A stretch of DNA of 64,000 nt from NCBI GenBank assembly GCA_037447605.1, contig CM074823.1:248001-312000 (forward strand), read 5' to 3'. Below are positions 1 to 13,906 of the stretch, one piece after another; positions within the stretch are counted from its first letter, which is position 1, and the number at the start of each line of letters is the position of its first letter. The notes below the pieces were generated by a model that saw only the letters and a program-made list of their open reading frames with translations, ran no database searches and had not been told where the DNA came from. Position numbers and translations under genes: made by a program. The stretch comes from Zygnema circumcarinatum SAG 698-1b. Lineage: Eukaryota > Plantae > Zygnematophyceae.

Positions 1-1199
1 CTGAGAATCACATAATTACGTCATCTATAACTGAATAGCATATAAATAGAAAAAAATTACATAGAAATTGGTCCCAAAATTGTCACTAAAAAAAATTGTT
101 CAAACTCGGAACCCAATATCAACTTAATTCATTATTTTTCTGGAAGTCGGTTTCAACCGCGAAACCAGGTTTCTGGTTTTTCCCCAAAAACCCGGTTTGC
201 ACTTTTCAACTCTCCCTCTTCAACATCCCTTTTCAAATTTAACATTTATGGCTTCAAAATCTATTTTTCGACGCTATACCCCATTTAGACCCGTCCGTTG
301 GCCCCCTTCAAACTTATTTTTTGCCTGAACCACATTGTACCAAAAGTCAAAGGGGTACCTATAGACCATTTGTACCCCTTTGACCGTTTGTCGTTACTTA
401 GGGCCCGCCCTGTCGCGCCCTTCAAATTGGCCGCGCTTTCATTTCCGTTCAAGAGGAGCGCTCCGGCGGGCAGGTCTGAAATTTACCGGTGGGTTCCGGG
501 CAGGAGACAAACTTTACTCTTCCGGTGACGGGCAGGAGACGAAACGTCTCGATTGGAGTACGGCCAAGCGTCGATTTTCAGCTCGGTAGCATCGGACAGG
601 CGCGCGGTCAGGTAAAAAACATTTCAGTTGACCACGGGCAGAGAAATGAAATTACGGCTTCGCTCTCGCGCGCTCGTCCTCCCTCTCCCTCTCCCTCTCC
701 CTCTCCCTCTCCCTCTCCCTCCCGCTCTCGCTCCCTTTCCCCTCTCACTCCCTCTCCCTATGCCTCTCCCATTCACCCTCACCCTCTCTCACTCTCCTTC
801 TACCTCTCCCTTTCCCTCTCCCTGTCCCTTTTCCTCCCTTCCCCTTCCCCTTCTCCTTCCCCTCTCTCCCACTCCCACTCCCTCTCCCTCTCCCTCTCCT
901 TCTCCCTTTCCCTCTCCCACTCCCTCTACCTCTCCCTCTCCCTATTCCTTCCTTTTCCTTCCCCTTCCCCTCCCCTTCTCCTTCCCCTCTCTCCCACTCC
1001 CTCTCCCTCTCCATCTCCCTTTCCTTCTCCCTCGTCCTCCCTTCCCCTTCCCCTTCCCCTTCTCCTTCCCCTCTCTCCCTCTCCCTCTCCCTCTCCCTCT
1101 CTCTCTCTCCCCCCACCCTCTGTCTTCCTCCCGCATTCTGCAATTACTTTTCATGTCAGTTTTTGATTCATTTCTCCGTTTTACTGAACTTCTGCAGAC

Positions 1200-4100
1200 A
1201 TGGAGACATCCGCAGCGAGTGATTTCCGCCCAACCGGAGTTGAGAATTTCACAAATCCAAAGTAAAAAGCAAAACTGCAACCAACACCATTTTCAGAAAC
1301 CCTAAAAACCAATCGCCTGCTATCAAAATAAAATGCATGCAACTTCAGTATAAACTGAAACGGAAACAGAACTGCATAGAACATCGATTGGAACGGAAAC
1401 AGGTAAAACCCAATAAAACGGAACGAAATGGAATTGAACGGAACGGAACGAAACGGAACGGAACGGAACGGAACGGAATTGAACGGAGCTAGCTCCTTCA
1501 CAAAGCACACTAAATTTTCGATTTTTTCTTTCTAACTTTCTTTTTTTTGTTTTTTTAACAGGGAATGCATGGAAGATGACGTGGATTTTGGGCTCCGCGA
1601 AAGGCGGTCGTCTCTTTCCGCCATTAAAACTTTTTCCCTTTTTGGACCGAACAGTCCACGTGCCCTCCGGGAAGGCGACGATGCGGAAAACGACAAGACT
1701 GGAAATGAGGAAGAAGACGAAGAAGAAGAAGAAGACGACGAAAGTCGGGAAAAATCGAATTATTTCGATACTGAACAAATTTTGAATGAATTTCTTTCCG
1801 AGAATATCGACGAGAACTTTTTTAAAGACGAGAATTCTGAAGTGGATTTGAAAGGGAAATCTGAGGCGAATTTTCCGGAAAATTTTAATAACAAAAATGG
1901 TCCCTATCGGCACCGAGCTATAAGTCGGTGCAGTCTTTCAATGGCGAATTCTTTTTTGGATCGGACCGTCTCCAGATCCCGCCATTCAAGTGCGTGATAA
2001 AAATTTAGGAAAAAAATCTAAATTTTTAATTTTTAGTCATTTTTCCTTACGTTTTGAAACAGTTTCTACATTTACTTAATTGATTCTTTTCGTTTTCTGA
2101 ATCTGAATCTGGTTTTTTTTTTTTACACAGGTAATTCACTCTATGCAGCGCTCTCAGCCCCTTCGGCGGCCAATGCACAAAATTCCGAAAAGGAAGTCGA
2201 AAATTTTACTTCCATTGAAACGGATTTACCGCCTCCGTTCAGTTCAACGGATTTCCGTAAAATGGAAACCCCGATCAGTTCCCGTACATTCTCTCCCTCG
2301 CGGCTCTCCCGCTCAAGCGGAAGCTCCTCGGATGCTTCCGAAAGTGACCGTTACGACCCCCACGTTCTCTTCCCCCCAAACGCAAAATTTGATTCGAATT
2401 CAGATTTGAATTCAAATTTGAATTCGAACTTCGACTTGTATCCGACCGTTGATCCCGATTCCACTTCAAATTTTCTCTCAAATTTCGATCCAAATGATGC
2501 CAATGAAAATGACGATGGCGATGTCGATGATGACGGCAGCGATTCCTGCGAATCCGAGGAAGGAGAGCCAAGTTTAACTCAAGTTTCCGTAGACGCATAT
2601 TTTGATCCACAAATTAATCTGGTCGGTGGATCCGAAATCAACCCTCAAAGAGGTGGATCCCGCAGAAACAGCTCGACGGAGAGATCCGGATCCACCCTCT
2701 CCCTGGATCCACAAGTTGATCCATCCACGACGGAAGGTAATAGAACCGTTGATCCCACATCCAGTTCTTCGTCTCGTCCACCCACGCCCCCCCAACGCCG
2801 AACTTCCTCGACTGCTCCTCCAACGGAGTATTCAACAAATTTATGCACATGTAACGCGGCCTAAACCCCACTCACACACTTGATCCAAACATTCCAACCG
2901 TTGACCTCATCCACTTTCCTGAACCCTCATTCCACCTCCATCCCTGCCCCCTCCTTTCCTCAGTTCCGTTTTCTGTTCCTTTGTTCTCTGTTTCTGTTCC
3001 ATCCTCAGTTTCACTATCTTCCATTCCATCCTCGTCAGTCCCGTCCTCAGTTCCGTTCCCCGTTTCGTCCTCCATTCCGTCCCAACTTCCACCGCCGACG
3101 GCGTACGGCCTCAACGGACTACGGAACGACAACGGAACAGCAACGGTTCTGGGCGCCATAGAACCCGAGCCCGTCCGGCGCCGGAGCCGGCTCTCCAGCG
3201 CGTGCGAGGACGCGCCCGCCGCCTTCCTCTGCCCAATCACGCAGGAGCTCATGGCGGATCCGGTTCTGGTGGGAACGGGCCAGACCTACGAACGGAGCTC
3301 CATTCAGAAGTGGCTCAGTCAAGGGCACCGTACATGTCCTGTCACGGGTGAGTTGGGGGGGGGGGGGGGGTTATACTAGCAATTAGTTTTATTGATAAAG
3401 TTCATTTAGTTTTGAATTGAGTTTTTCACTGGACCTTAAAGCTCTATCTTCAAATGTTGAACCCTAAACCCTATTCCCGTCCCTCAGGCCTTCCCCTGTG
3501 CTCGGTGGCGCTCCTCCCAAACTACGCCCTACGACACGCCATCCAATCGTACGCCGCCACGCGTGCGATCCCTCTCAAGGAGCCCGAGGCGGCGCCAGCG
3601 CAGACAGCCACTCATTACCTGCCACGTGGAAGTGTGGTAGCACGTGACACCCACGTGGCAGGCGTGGGCGCTCTCTGGGGGCGGAGTGTTCCCGACAGGG
3701 AGTCCCCGGCCATGGTTGCCGTTGGGATGCTTTTTGGGGGGACAGCGGAGGAGAAGGTGAGGGACTCAACAATGTTTACGGCTCCCCTCTCATATAACCC
3801 TAAACCCTGAACCCTAACCCTAAACCCTAAACCCTAAATCCTGAACCCTGAACCTTGGACCCAACCCTTCTTCCCCACTAGGACGCCGCCCTGGACACCC
3901 TCTGCCAGCTTGCGAGCAGCGCCGGCGAGGAGGGCCGCGCCGCCATAGTTTTGGCAGGCGGCGTGGCGCCCCTCCAGGCCGCCATGGCCTCGGCGATGGC
4001 GGCGGAGGGCGCCGGCGGCCATGCAGAGCGCGCCGCGCGGTGCGTCCGCTTCCTCTGCCGCAGCAACGACAGCTTCATTCTCCATGCGGCCTCGGGGGCC

Positions 4101-5919
4101 ATTCCGTTCCTGGTTAAACTGGTGGACAAGGTACGTGGAAAAGCGGGCATGGAACGGGGAGAGGGGATTTGGGGGGCGAACTGAGGATCTGGATCTTTGG
4201 AGATTCTACACGTGTGATGTATACCAAAATAGAATCTTAATGATTTTGATTCTGTTGACGGGCATCAATGATTGATCCAAAGGTTCTCTGGATGTGCGCG
4301 TTGCATTCTCCCCCTCACAAAGATTCTTTCTCTTGGAGGAATCTATTCGAATCTAGAAAGGATTCGTATGAGATTCTGTCAGACATTACTCCCCAGTCCG
4401 AGAAACCCTATTCATTTCCATATCTTTGAGATTCTCTTGCGTATATTTAAGATTCGATGAGCTTTTAACCTGTACGGCGCAGGGCTCCCCGGCGGCGCGC
4501 GAGGCGGCGGCTGGCGCGCTGGTCAATTTGTCGGCGAAAGCCGACATAAACAAGGTGACGATCGCGGCCGCGGGCGGGGCGGCACCGCTTGTCCGCATGC
4601 TGTCGGTGGGCCCGGGCGGGCGCGACGTGGCGGCCGCCGCGCTCTGCAATCTGGCGGCGGAAGACGACAACCGGACGGCCATCGTTGCGCTGCGCGCGAT
4701 CCCACCGCTCATCAAGGTAGGGAGTACCTAATTGTAATTAGTTTCTATTTTTTATTCATTCGGGCAGGCTAGAAATTCAGCGGACGTTCGCGATTGGTCG
4801 AATGTTTAAAAAATGTCGAGCATCGGCTTTATGTTTGTAGTTTTTGAAGTTTTTTCGCTTTTTTGTTTTTCGGGCAGCTGGCGGCGGAGGGGAGCGTGCC
4901 GGGCGGCGGCGAGTACGCGGTGCACGCGCTCGGCAGCCTCGCGTGCAACAGCGCGAACAGCTCCGAGGCGATCATCAGGGTGGGGACCCTTGAACCCTGA
5001 ACTCTGAACCCTGAACCCTAAACCCTGAACCCTGAACCCTAAACCCTCGACCCAAAACTCCAGAACACCCCTGAACCCTGAACGCCCTGAACCGTGAACC
5101 CTGAACCCTCAACCCTCAACCCTAAATCCTGAACCTTAAGACCCAACCCTTAACCTAAAAAACCCTGAACCCTGAATTCCAAACCCTGGACCCCGAAACC
5201 TGAACCTCAATCCTGAACCAAATTTTCATATGACCCAATTCCCTGTTCACTTTCTTTCCTCAGTTCCGTTCACCGTTCCGTTACACATAACGCTTTTCCG
5301 TGTATCCGTACAGGCCGGCGCCATCCCCGTCCTCCTGGCCATGGCGGCCTCCGCCAACTCGTGGGGCGAGGAGGCCGGCAGCCGCGCCCTCCGCAACCTC
5401 GCTGCCACGTCAGCACCCCTCGTCCTCGCCGCCATGCAACCAATCGGCGGCCTCGCCACTCTCCGCCGATTGGTCGAATTCGGCTCCGCACGTGCGGCCG
5501 ACGCCGCTACTTCCACCATCCAATTACTGAACGCTGCCCATCTCGGTCATGGAGCAGCACATGGAACAGCGTCTAACGGGATTTTCGACAGATTTCTACA
5601 TAGAAACCCGGTTCCGCCTCCGCCGGGGCCGCCGCGGTCGCGGTCAGCAGCTTCTGCGGAGTTTCACATGTGGAGCCGTTTTGTTACGCGTCGCAGTTCA
5701 ACGGGATCCGCCGATGGAACGGCAGTTCTGGCAGTTCAGTCGAGACACGGAACAGCCATTCCATGGGCGGCTCCAGTTGGAAATTCCAGTTCCAGTTCGA
5801 TTTCGCCCATGTATCCGGCGGGGCCGGAACGGCCAACGCCGCGATCCACGGGACAGCTGGCCGTTAGAACGGCGGCCCAACAGGGAACGATGCTGCCACG
5901 TCATCACTTCTCTGCTTGA
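1200..5919 (+). CDS. PUB: Plant U-box E3 ligase with ARM repeats and a long acidic/Ser-rich N-terminus (9 coding exons)
   Basis: U-box motif [34 protein letters not shown]...[16 protein letters not shown]; ARM-like repeats ([25 protein letters not shown]). Exons joined in frame at GT-AG: 1200-1261, 1562-1989, 2131-2850, 3051-3347, 3488-3756, 3882-4130, 4483-4716, 4878-4979, 5314-5919. Probable 5'UTR intron 612-1197. N-terminal exons are less certain. Confidence 0.88.
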
Positions 5920-6120
5920 AGATTTCGAATGACGACGTTTCTCGCCACTTTGTTGTGCCTTTAGGACTTCTGGAGTTTAGGGAATTAGGATTAAAGGTTT
6001 TTTAGGTTCGAGGTTTAACGGATTTAGGGTTTAGGGTTTAGGGTTTTGAGGGTGTATTAAAATATTAAGGTTTCAAGATTTAGGGTTTAGGGAGTCGAGA
6101 TTTAGAACTTTTGGGGTTTA

Positions 6121-6235
6121 GGTCCAAAGGAAGTGGCATTGATCTCACGATGGCAATGCCATCACATGGACTTAATCAATATGGGGAACCACAAGGAATT
6201 GATCGCAAAGGGGAACTGAGGACCAGTAAAAAGGG
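6121..6235. mobile_element. Partial, diverged copy (right half) of the 26153 MITE family
   Basis: TCTCACGATGGC..ATGCCAT..CATGGAC...ATGGGGAACCAC.AGGAA matches 26289-26360. Confidence 0.55.
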
Positions 6236-6519
6236 GGGGTTTAGAGTTTAGAGTTTGGGATTTAGGGTTTAGGGTATTAGGGTTTTTCCTCTTGAGAGCT
6301 TTGAGATTCTCAGCGCTTGTTTTAGGGTTTCTTTGAGACGATTTTTAGTTTAGAAAGGTTTTGCGGAAGTTACGGGGTGATAGAAACCACGAAAATTCTT
6401 TCCCAACGATTTATTTATTCATTTATTTTTTCACCCAATTCTCTCTCCTCAACACCAAAAGTTTCTGCACGACCCAATTAAACAAAAAAAAAAAAAGGGA
6501 AAGAAAGGACTTCAATTTT

Positions 6520-7940
6520 CTACGACCACGCTTCGATTACAAACCTCCCGAGCCGCTGCAGCTCGAGGAGCCACGTGGCGGCCTGTGATTGGCTCATTCG
6601 GCCCTCTGTCCGAACCACATCCTCCAATGCCGCGGTGACACCTGTCGGCATCTTATTGGCCGACCCCGCCACGTACACGGCCGCGCCTGATTGGAGGAGA
6701 GCCCAAACCTTCGAACTCTGCTCGCGAATTCTGTGCTGAACGTAAACCTGCGAAGATGCGAAATTTTTTTATTAAAGAAATTAAAAGAGGGCACAATTGA
6801 AAGAGTAAAGAAAATGGGGGAGAGGATAAGGATGGGGGTATGTGGGGAGAAATGTATTGATTTGGGGGGAGGGGGAGGGAGAGTGGGGAGGGGGGGAGAG
6901 GGAGGGGAGGGGGGAGGGGGAGAGGGAGGGAGGGGAGGGGGAGAGGGAGAGAGAAAGAGAGGGAGAGGGAGAGAGGGAGGAGGGGAGAGGGAGGGGAGGG
7001 GGAGAGGGAAGGGGGAGAGAGGGAGAGAGAGGGAGAGTGGGAGAGAGAAAGTTAGAGAGGGAGAGAGAGGGAGAGGGAGAGGGAGAGGGAGAGGGAGAGG
7101 GAGAGGGAGGGAGAGAGAGAAGGAGAAGGAGAGGGAGAGAAAGGGAGAAAAAGGGAGAGGGAGAGAGGGCGAGTGAGAGAGAGGAAGAGAGAGGGAGAGA
7201 GGGAGAGGGAGAGAGAGGGAGAGAGAGGGAGAGGGAGAGGAAGAGAGAGGACGAGGGCGAGGGAGAGAGAGAGAGAGGGAGAGAGAGGGAGAGCGAGGGA
7301 GAGGGACAGGGAGAGAGGGAGAGGGACAGGGAGAGAGAGAGAGGGGGAGAGAGGGAGAGAGTGCGAGAGATAAAGTTAGAGAGGGAGAGAGAGGGAGAGG
7401 GAGAGGGAGAGGGAGAGTGAGGAGGAGAAGGAGAGGGAGAGAGAGGGAGAGAAAGGGAGAGGGAGAGGGAGAGGGAGAGGGAGAGGGAGAGAGGACGAGA
7501 GAGGGAGAGCGGGAGAGAGAGACCTTGCGTTCTTGGTCTCGCGAAAACGCCACAAAGAATCCACCTCCCTTCTCCTCTTCCAGCACTCCCCCAGGACACG
7601 TGTAAGCCTTCCATTCGTCCCGGTACAAAAAATCTTTCGATTCGTTCCGGCACCCGAAAAAAAAGAGATTTGGGGCAGCGATTTTTTTTTCCGCCAAGGA
7701 AGCCGCGGAAGGTTCCCCTGATTCTTTTTCAAAAAATTGCTTTTTTTGAGCTGCCCGATCCGCCAAAAAAGATCGAAAAGGAGCGCATCCAGTTCCCGGG
7801 CCGACCAAAATAAGAGGTATTTCGGGGGGAGGGAGACGGAGGTAGCCTTTTGATACCCATATTGGGACGGTTCCTGGAGAGAGAGAGGGAGAGGGAGAGG
7901 GAGAGGGAGAGAGGGGGAGGGAGGGAGGGAGGGAGGGAGG

Positions 7941-7987
<47 letters not shown>

Positions 7988-10900
7988 TGAGAGAGGGAGA
8001 GGGAGTTTGTGCCTGTGGGAAACGCAGAGAGAGAAAGCGAGAGAGAGAGAGGGAGGGAGGGAGAGGGAGAGAGGGGGAGGGAGAGAGAGAGAGAGAAAGA
8101 GGGGGCACCTGAGTTGGGGTCCATCTGAGCCAGCCAATTGGAGCACAGCCCTCGGATTTGGCGCTTGTACGGAGTCTGCCACGTCAGCACCGCCACCGTG
8201 ACTGCCGCGCGGCGACACGTGGCGCGTTGAGAGGAGGAAATGGAGAAGGCGCGAGGACGGAGGCGAGGGAGGGAGGCGAGGAGGTGCGGGAGAGGGGGGA
8301 GGGAGGAGGGGAAGTCCTGGAGGACCTGGGGGAGGGAGGGGGGGAGGAGAGGGAGAGGGAGGGAGGGGAGGGAGGAGAGGGAGAGGGAGGGGAGGGAGGG
8401 AGGGAGGGAGGGAGGGAGGGAAAGAGGGAGGGAAAGAGGGAGGGAAAGAGGGAAAGAGGGAGGGAGGGAGGGAGGGAGGGAGGGAGGGAGGGAGGAGGGA
8501 GAGGGAGGGGAGGGAGGGAGGAGGGAGGAGAGGAGAGGGAGGGAGGGAGGGAGGAGAGGGAGAGGGGAGGAGGGAGGGAGGAGGGAGGGGAGGAGGGAGG
8601 GAAAGAGGGAGGGAAAGAGGGAGGGAAAGAGGGAAAGAGGGAGGGAGGGAGGGAGGGAGGGAGGGAGGGAGGGAGGGAGGGAAAGAGGAAAGAGGGAGGG
8701 AGGGAGGGAGGAGGGAGGGAGGGAGGGAGGGGAGGGAGGGAGGGAGGGAGGGAGGGAGGGAGGGAGGGAGGGAGGGAGGGAGGGAAGGATGGGGGAGGGA
8801 GGGAAGGATGGGGGAGGGAGGGGAGGGAGGGAGGGAGGGAGAGAGAGGAGGGGAGGAAGGAAGGATGGGGGAGGGAGGGAGGAGGGAGGGAGGGAGAGAG
8901 GGAGGAGGGAGGGAGGGAAGGATGGGGGAGGGAGGGAGGGAGGGAGGGAGGAGAGGGAGGAGGAGGGAGGGAGGGGAGGGAGGGGAGGGAGGGAGGGGAG
9001 GGAGGAGAGGGAGGGAGGGAGGGAAGGAGACAGGAGTGAGAGAGGAGGGGGGCCGAGAGGAAACGGAGGGAGATAGTGAGATAGATTCACCTCTAAAAAG
9101 ACAAATAGTTAACGAGTACTGAGCCACATGGAACAGTTGAGGAGGTCTGAACTTGAACTGACCTCCAACACGGAACGCCGTTCCCGTTGGTTGTAACGGA
9201 AAAGGTCGTCCCTCCCTTCCGCCGTTGCGAAGAACTGAAGCCGTTCGCGTTCACGCTCCTCTGTTGCGAAATGGCTTAAGATCTTCACGCGCAAAAAAAA
9301 AAAGAAAAACAAGAAAAAAAAAAGAGAAGAAAAGAAAAATGGACGATGAGAAGCTTGTTTGAGTTTTACTTGTTCACTCTTTCTTACTTTTTGCGATTTA
9401 TTTTGATTTTGATTTTTTTTAATACTAGGAAAATACCTCAAAAAAGTATCTGTTAGGAGACGCCGATGCTACGTCCAATGTGGCCGTGACAAGTGTCACC
9501 AAGCGGACTGGCAGAATTTTGTTTTGAGGATTTTCTGAGAAGTTTTTTTGCTGACCGTGTTGCTCTTGCAGCCAATCAGCAGCCTCCACCTGAACAAGAA
9601 ATGAATGAGGAAAAAAAAAAGGAAGATTAATGCCCTTCGTAGACCGTTGAAAACCCTAAACCCGAAACCCTACATCCCTAACCCTAAACCTAAACCCTAA
9701 ATCGTAGACCATAAACCCCTAACACTAAACCCTACACCCTTAGCCCGAAATCCTAAACCCCGAACCCAAACCCCAAACCCTAAATCCTAAACCCTAAACC
9801 CTAGACCCTGAACCCTAGACCCTGAACCCTAGAACCTGAACCCTAGACCCTGAACCCTAGAACCTGAACCCTAGACCCTGAACCCTAGACCCTGAACCCT
9901 AGACCCTGAACCCTAGACCCTGAACCCTAGACCCTGAACCCTAGACCCTGAACCCTAGACCCTGAACCCTAGACCCTGAACCCTAGACCCTAAACCCTAG
10001 ACCCTGAACCCTAGACCCTGAACCCTAGACCCTAAACCCTAGACCCTGAACCCTAGACCCTATACCCCTAACCCTAAAACCTAAACCCTAAATCCTAAAC
10101 CCTAACAACTACACCTTAAACCCCCAAACCTTTCTTTTTAGCGGGGAAAGATGGGGTACAAATACCGTTACAAGTGCATCAGGGTCCAAATTAAGTCGAG
10201 CCAAAAACTTTTCCACACATTGAAAATTTTGTGAAGGAGAAATATTCAAAATATCTCCCGGCTCGTAAGTCATGCCCTAACATCAATTAAAAAAAAAACA
10301 AAAGAAAAAAAAGGGTAAGTAAATCAAGAATTCGATCCAATTTTTTTGCTTTTTGCAATCCTACGATTTCTAAAGCCCTAATTTCCACTCCTAAGAATTC
10401 CAAAACTCCAAATTTCTAAGAAAACTAAAAATTTGAAAAACCTGAAAAAGAAAAAAAGGAGAAGCAAACAAACCGAGTTTTCCAAATCAAACTCGATGTG
10501 GCGAACATCCTGAAAGTGATCTGCTGACGTCAGCCTCTCATTGCTGACCTGCAACCATCGCCCTTTAAAGGTTCTTCATTGGGGGGTGGAGAGTGGGAGA
10601 GGGGGTGAGGGAGAGAGAGCGAGAGAGAGAGAGAAGAGAGAGAGAGATAGGGATTGAGTGGGAGAGAGAGAAAGAGTAGGAGACAGACGGGAGGGGGCGA
10701 GAAAATGACACAGATCAGAGAGAGAGGGAGAGAGAGATAGTGGGAGAGAGTGAGAGAGGGGGGGAAGAGAGAGGGAGAGAGAGAGGGGGAGAGAGAGAGC
10801 GAGAGGGAGAGAGTGAGAGGGAGAGAGAGAGACCATTTCTGAAGGCGTATTCTCTTACCATTCGCGCAAAGTACGGCCGCCATGGCCCATATTTCCCTAA

Positions 10901-13900
10901 TGTGACATCAGCACTACCCTCAATGACGTCAGCTATTTCGTCATGTGCGCCCCCCGAGGCAGCGGCCGAAGCGCAGTCCATCATTCGAACAGCTCTGCAC
11001 ATCTCCTCCTCTGCGGGCAGCCCAAAAAAAAAATGAGACGAGATTAGTTTTTTTTTTTACCCCTGCCCCTCCCCCATCCGCTCTCTCTCTCTCTCTCCCC
11101 CTCCCTGCTGTCCCTTTATTTCGCATCTAAACTTTCTTCTCTTGCACACCTCGAGGGCATCCGGGAGGGAGGGAGGGAGGGCGAAGGGAGGCGAAGAGAG
11201 GGAGTGAGGGAGGGAGGGAGGGAAGGGGAAGGGAGGGGGAAGGGAGGGGAAGGGAGGGAGGGAGGGAGGGAGGGAGGGAGGGAGGGGGGAGGGAGGGGGA
11301 AGGGAGGGGAAGGGAGGGAGGGAGGAAGGGAGGAGGGAGGGAGGGGAGGGAGGGAGGGGAGGGAGGGATGGAGGGAGAGAGGGCTCCCTCCTTTCCACTA
11401 CAAAACCAGCCTCCTTACTCCCTCCCTCTCCTCAATCCTTTCACCAGAAAATAACTTCAATTCTCCAAAAGAAACACCTAAATGAAGACTTTCATCGGTA
11501 AACCCTAAATCGTACCTAAATCTGTGCCAGGTGTCGCCCAGCCATTGGCCGATTTCTCCGCTCTAATTTCCGGCTTAGGATAAAATGTAATTTTAAATTT
11601 TGGAGGGTCTAAAGGGGGTATAGCGGTATCGTCCAATGGAGGATCGGAAAGTTCGGGCGGGAGCGGAAAACTTTGCCGCAAAATTTTCCAAAGGGAGGAC
11701 AGCCATGGATCTAGGGCAGCCTCATACCTGCCCGTGAAAAAAAAAATGGTAATACAATTTTAAAAGGAGGGAAAGAACGGGAGAGAGAAAATTAAGACGA
11801 TAGAGAGGAGAGGGGGAGGGAGGAGAGAAGGCCGAGAGAGAGAGGGAGAAAGAGGGGTTGAGAGAGAGAGGGAGAGAGAGAGGGGGGGTTGAGGGAGGGA
11901 AAGAGAGAGTGAGAAAGAGAGGGAAAGGGAGAGAGAGGGGGTTGAGAGAGGGAGAGAGAGCGCGAGAGAGAGAGGAAGAGAGCGAGAGGGGGTTGAGGGA
12001 GGGAGAGAGAGAGAGGGAGAGAGAGTGAGGGAGAGAGAGACGGAGTGAGAGAGGGGGTTGAGGGAGGGAGAGAGAGACGGAGTGAGAGAGGGGGTTGAGG
12101 GAGGGAGAGAGAGACGGAGTGAGAGAGGGGGTTGAGGGAGAGAGAGAGAGGAGGAGAGAGGGAGAGAGAGAGGGAGAGAGAGTGAGGGAGAGAGAGAGCG
12201 AGGGGGAGAGAGAGAGGGAGAGGCTCACTCGCTCACCCGGATGGGTGCTGGTCATCTCCCAATCCGCGAGGCAAAAGTGGCGTCGCTCCCAAATCCAACA
12301 TCCGACGGTCGAGCTTTTTTGCCACGATCTGATGGTCCAGATGCAGCACGTAAACTCAGATGCGTTCAGTTCAGTTGAGATCAGTTCAGTTCAGTTTTAC
12401 AATTCGAACGTACAATTGAAAAAAGTTGAATCCGGGGATAAAAAAAGAAAAAGTGGAGGGGGATGCAGGTTTGAAAAATGTCATGAGTTTCAGAGAGTGG
12501 GAATACTCAAATTATTATTATTATTTTCTTAAAATAGACGAAGATTACAAATTTATTCATCTTACATTGAATTTTTGGTACCCTGAATCGCCCAATCCAA
12601 AGACAGCGTAGCGAGTGGCTCCCAGCCAATCAGAGGGCAGACTTCGCCGAAGGAGAGAACGCCAAAATTTCTGCGGGCAGCCCTAAAAACATTAACAAAC
12701 CTGTCCAAATGTAGACATAAAACTTAACAAATATTTTCTTCACAAAGTTCAAAATTAAATGGTGATACCTCCGAATTGCTTTCTCGACACCTTTCCCCAA
12801 TCCCCCTCTCTCCCTCGCTTCCCACCTCTCCCTCTCTCTCCTCTCGCTCTCTCTCTCTTCTCCCCCCTTCTCTCTTTCTATCTCTCCCCCCCTCTCTCTC
12901 ACTTCCCCCCCTCACTCTCTCTCTCTCATCCTCCCTATCTCTCCACCTCTCCCCCTCTCGCCTCCGCACTCTCTCTTCCTCTCGCCCCTCCCTCTCCCTC
13001 GTGCCCGCATACCTCTCCTTGTCACCCCCCTCTCACTTACATTCTCGCTCCCTCGCCCCTCTCGCTCTCTCTCTCTCTCGCGCGCTTCCCATCTCTCTCT
13101 CTCCCTCTCTCTCTGTCTCTCCCTCAGGCTCCCCCTCACTCTATCACTCCGTCTCATCCCCCTCGCTCTATCGCCCCCCTCCCCTCCCCCTCTCTCTCTC
13201 TTCCTGTCTCTCTCTTTCTCTCTCTCTCTCCCCTCGGGCTCCCCCTCACTCTCTCACTCCGTCTCATCCCCCTCCCTCTCTCGCCCTCCTCCCCTCCTCT
13301 TCCCTTTCTCTCTCTCTCTCGCCCACTCCCTCTCTCTCTCCCTCCCCTTTTCTCTCTCTCTCCCTCTCGCCCTCCCCCTCTCTCTCTCTCTCTCCCCCCC
13401 TTAGCCACACACCTTCATGTTGGAAGGGGGGTCGCCCTGCCCAGTTGTTGAAACCAAAAAAATCACAAATTGCTCCGAACGGAGGCCGTCCTGAAAAAGC
13501 AGATTAATATCAATACCCCATTTATACCCCACTGCAGAAAATCAATGGAAAGTAACACTAAGAGGAACTCAGGCCGTATTGGGTTTGCAGGAGTAAACTG
13601 GTTTCAAACTTGAAAACTCAAAAAACAAAGGCATTTGTAAAGTTACAGAGGGTTCAAAATTTTAAAATTTAATCGGATACAAATTAGGTTTCTAAATACT
13701 TAAGCTTTACATTTAAGGGTTTTAAAGGCTTTCATTATTTTTAAGGTTTGAGGGTTCAGGGTTCAGACGCGTACCACCGACAGCGAATCCAGCGGCGCCA
13801 CGTGGACGCCGTAGTGCCGTCGCCGCCCCTCCCGCGCCACGCGTTCCGCCGCCTCCTGCGCCGTCCCCGACTGCGACCCGTAGCAGACAGCCACGTGGCG

Positions 13901-13906
13901 CGCCAT
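6520..13906 (-). CDS. NDOR1: NADPH-dependent diflavin oxidoreductase 1 (ATR3/TAH18; cytosolic Fe-S assembly)
   Basis: Flavodoxin motifs YGSQSGTAQEAA, LVSTTGQGDPP, YAVFGLGDSGYQKFN, LGDDQHPSGYE; FAD domain PRAFSISSS; NADPH domain LVGPGTGCAPFRS, FFGCRNESKDFLY, KVYVQH; C-terminus EAWS*. Exons 13775-13906, 13413-13490, 12566-12670, 12237-12328, 11516-11727, 10859-11010, 10474-10548, 10166-10276, 9437-9589, 9163-9282, 8109-8325, 7524-7873, 6520-6747. Confidence 0.95.
6860..9060. repeat. GA/GGGA low-complexity tracts filling three NDOR1 introns (CT-rich on the sense strand)
   Basis: 6860-7520, 7877-8100, 8326-9060. Similar tracts at 660-1130, 15680-16710, 17090-17390, 26750-27060, 27262-27715, 44230-44730, 50265-50630, 55130-55820 and elsewhere. 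Confidence 0.9.
9798..10061. repeat. Near-perfect 14-bp tandem array (ACCCTAGACCCTGA)n, about 19 copies, inside a larger degenerate CCCTAAA tract (9650-10130)
   Basis: Read directly; lies in NDOR1 intron 9590-10165. Confidence 0.9.
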
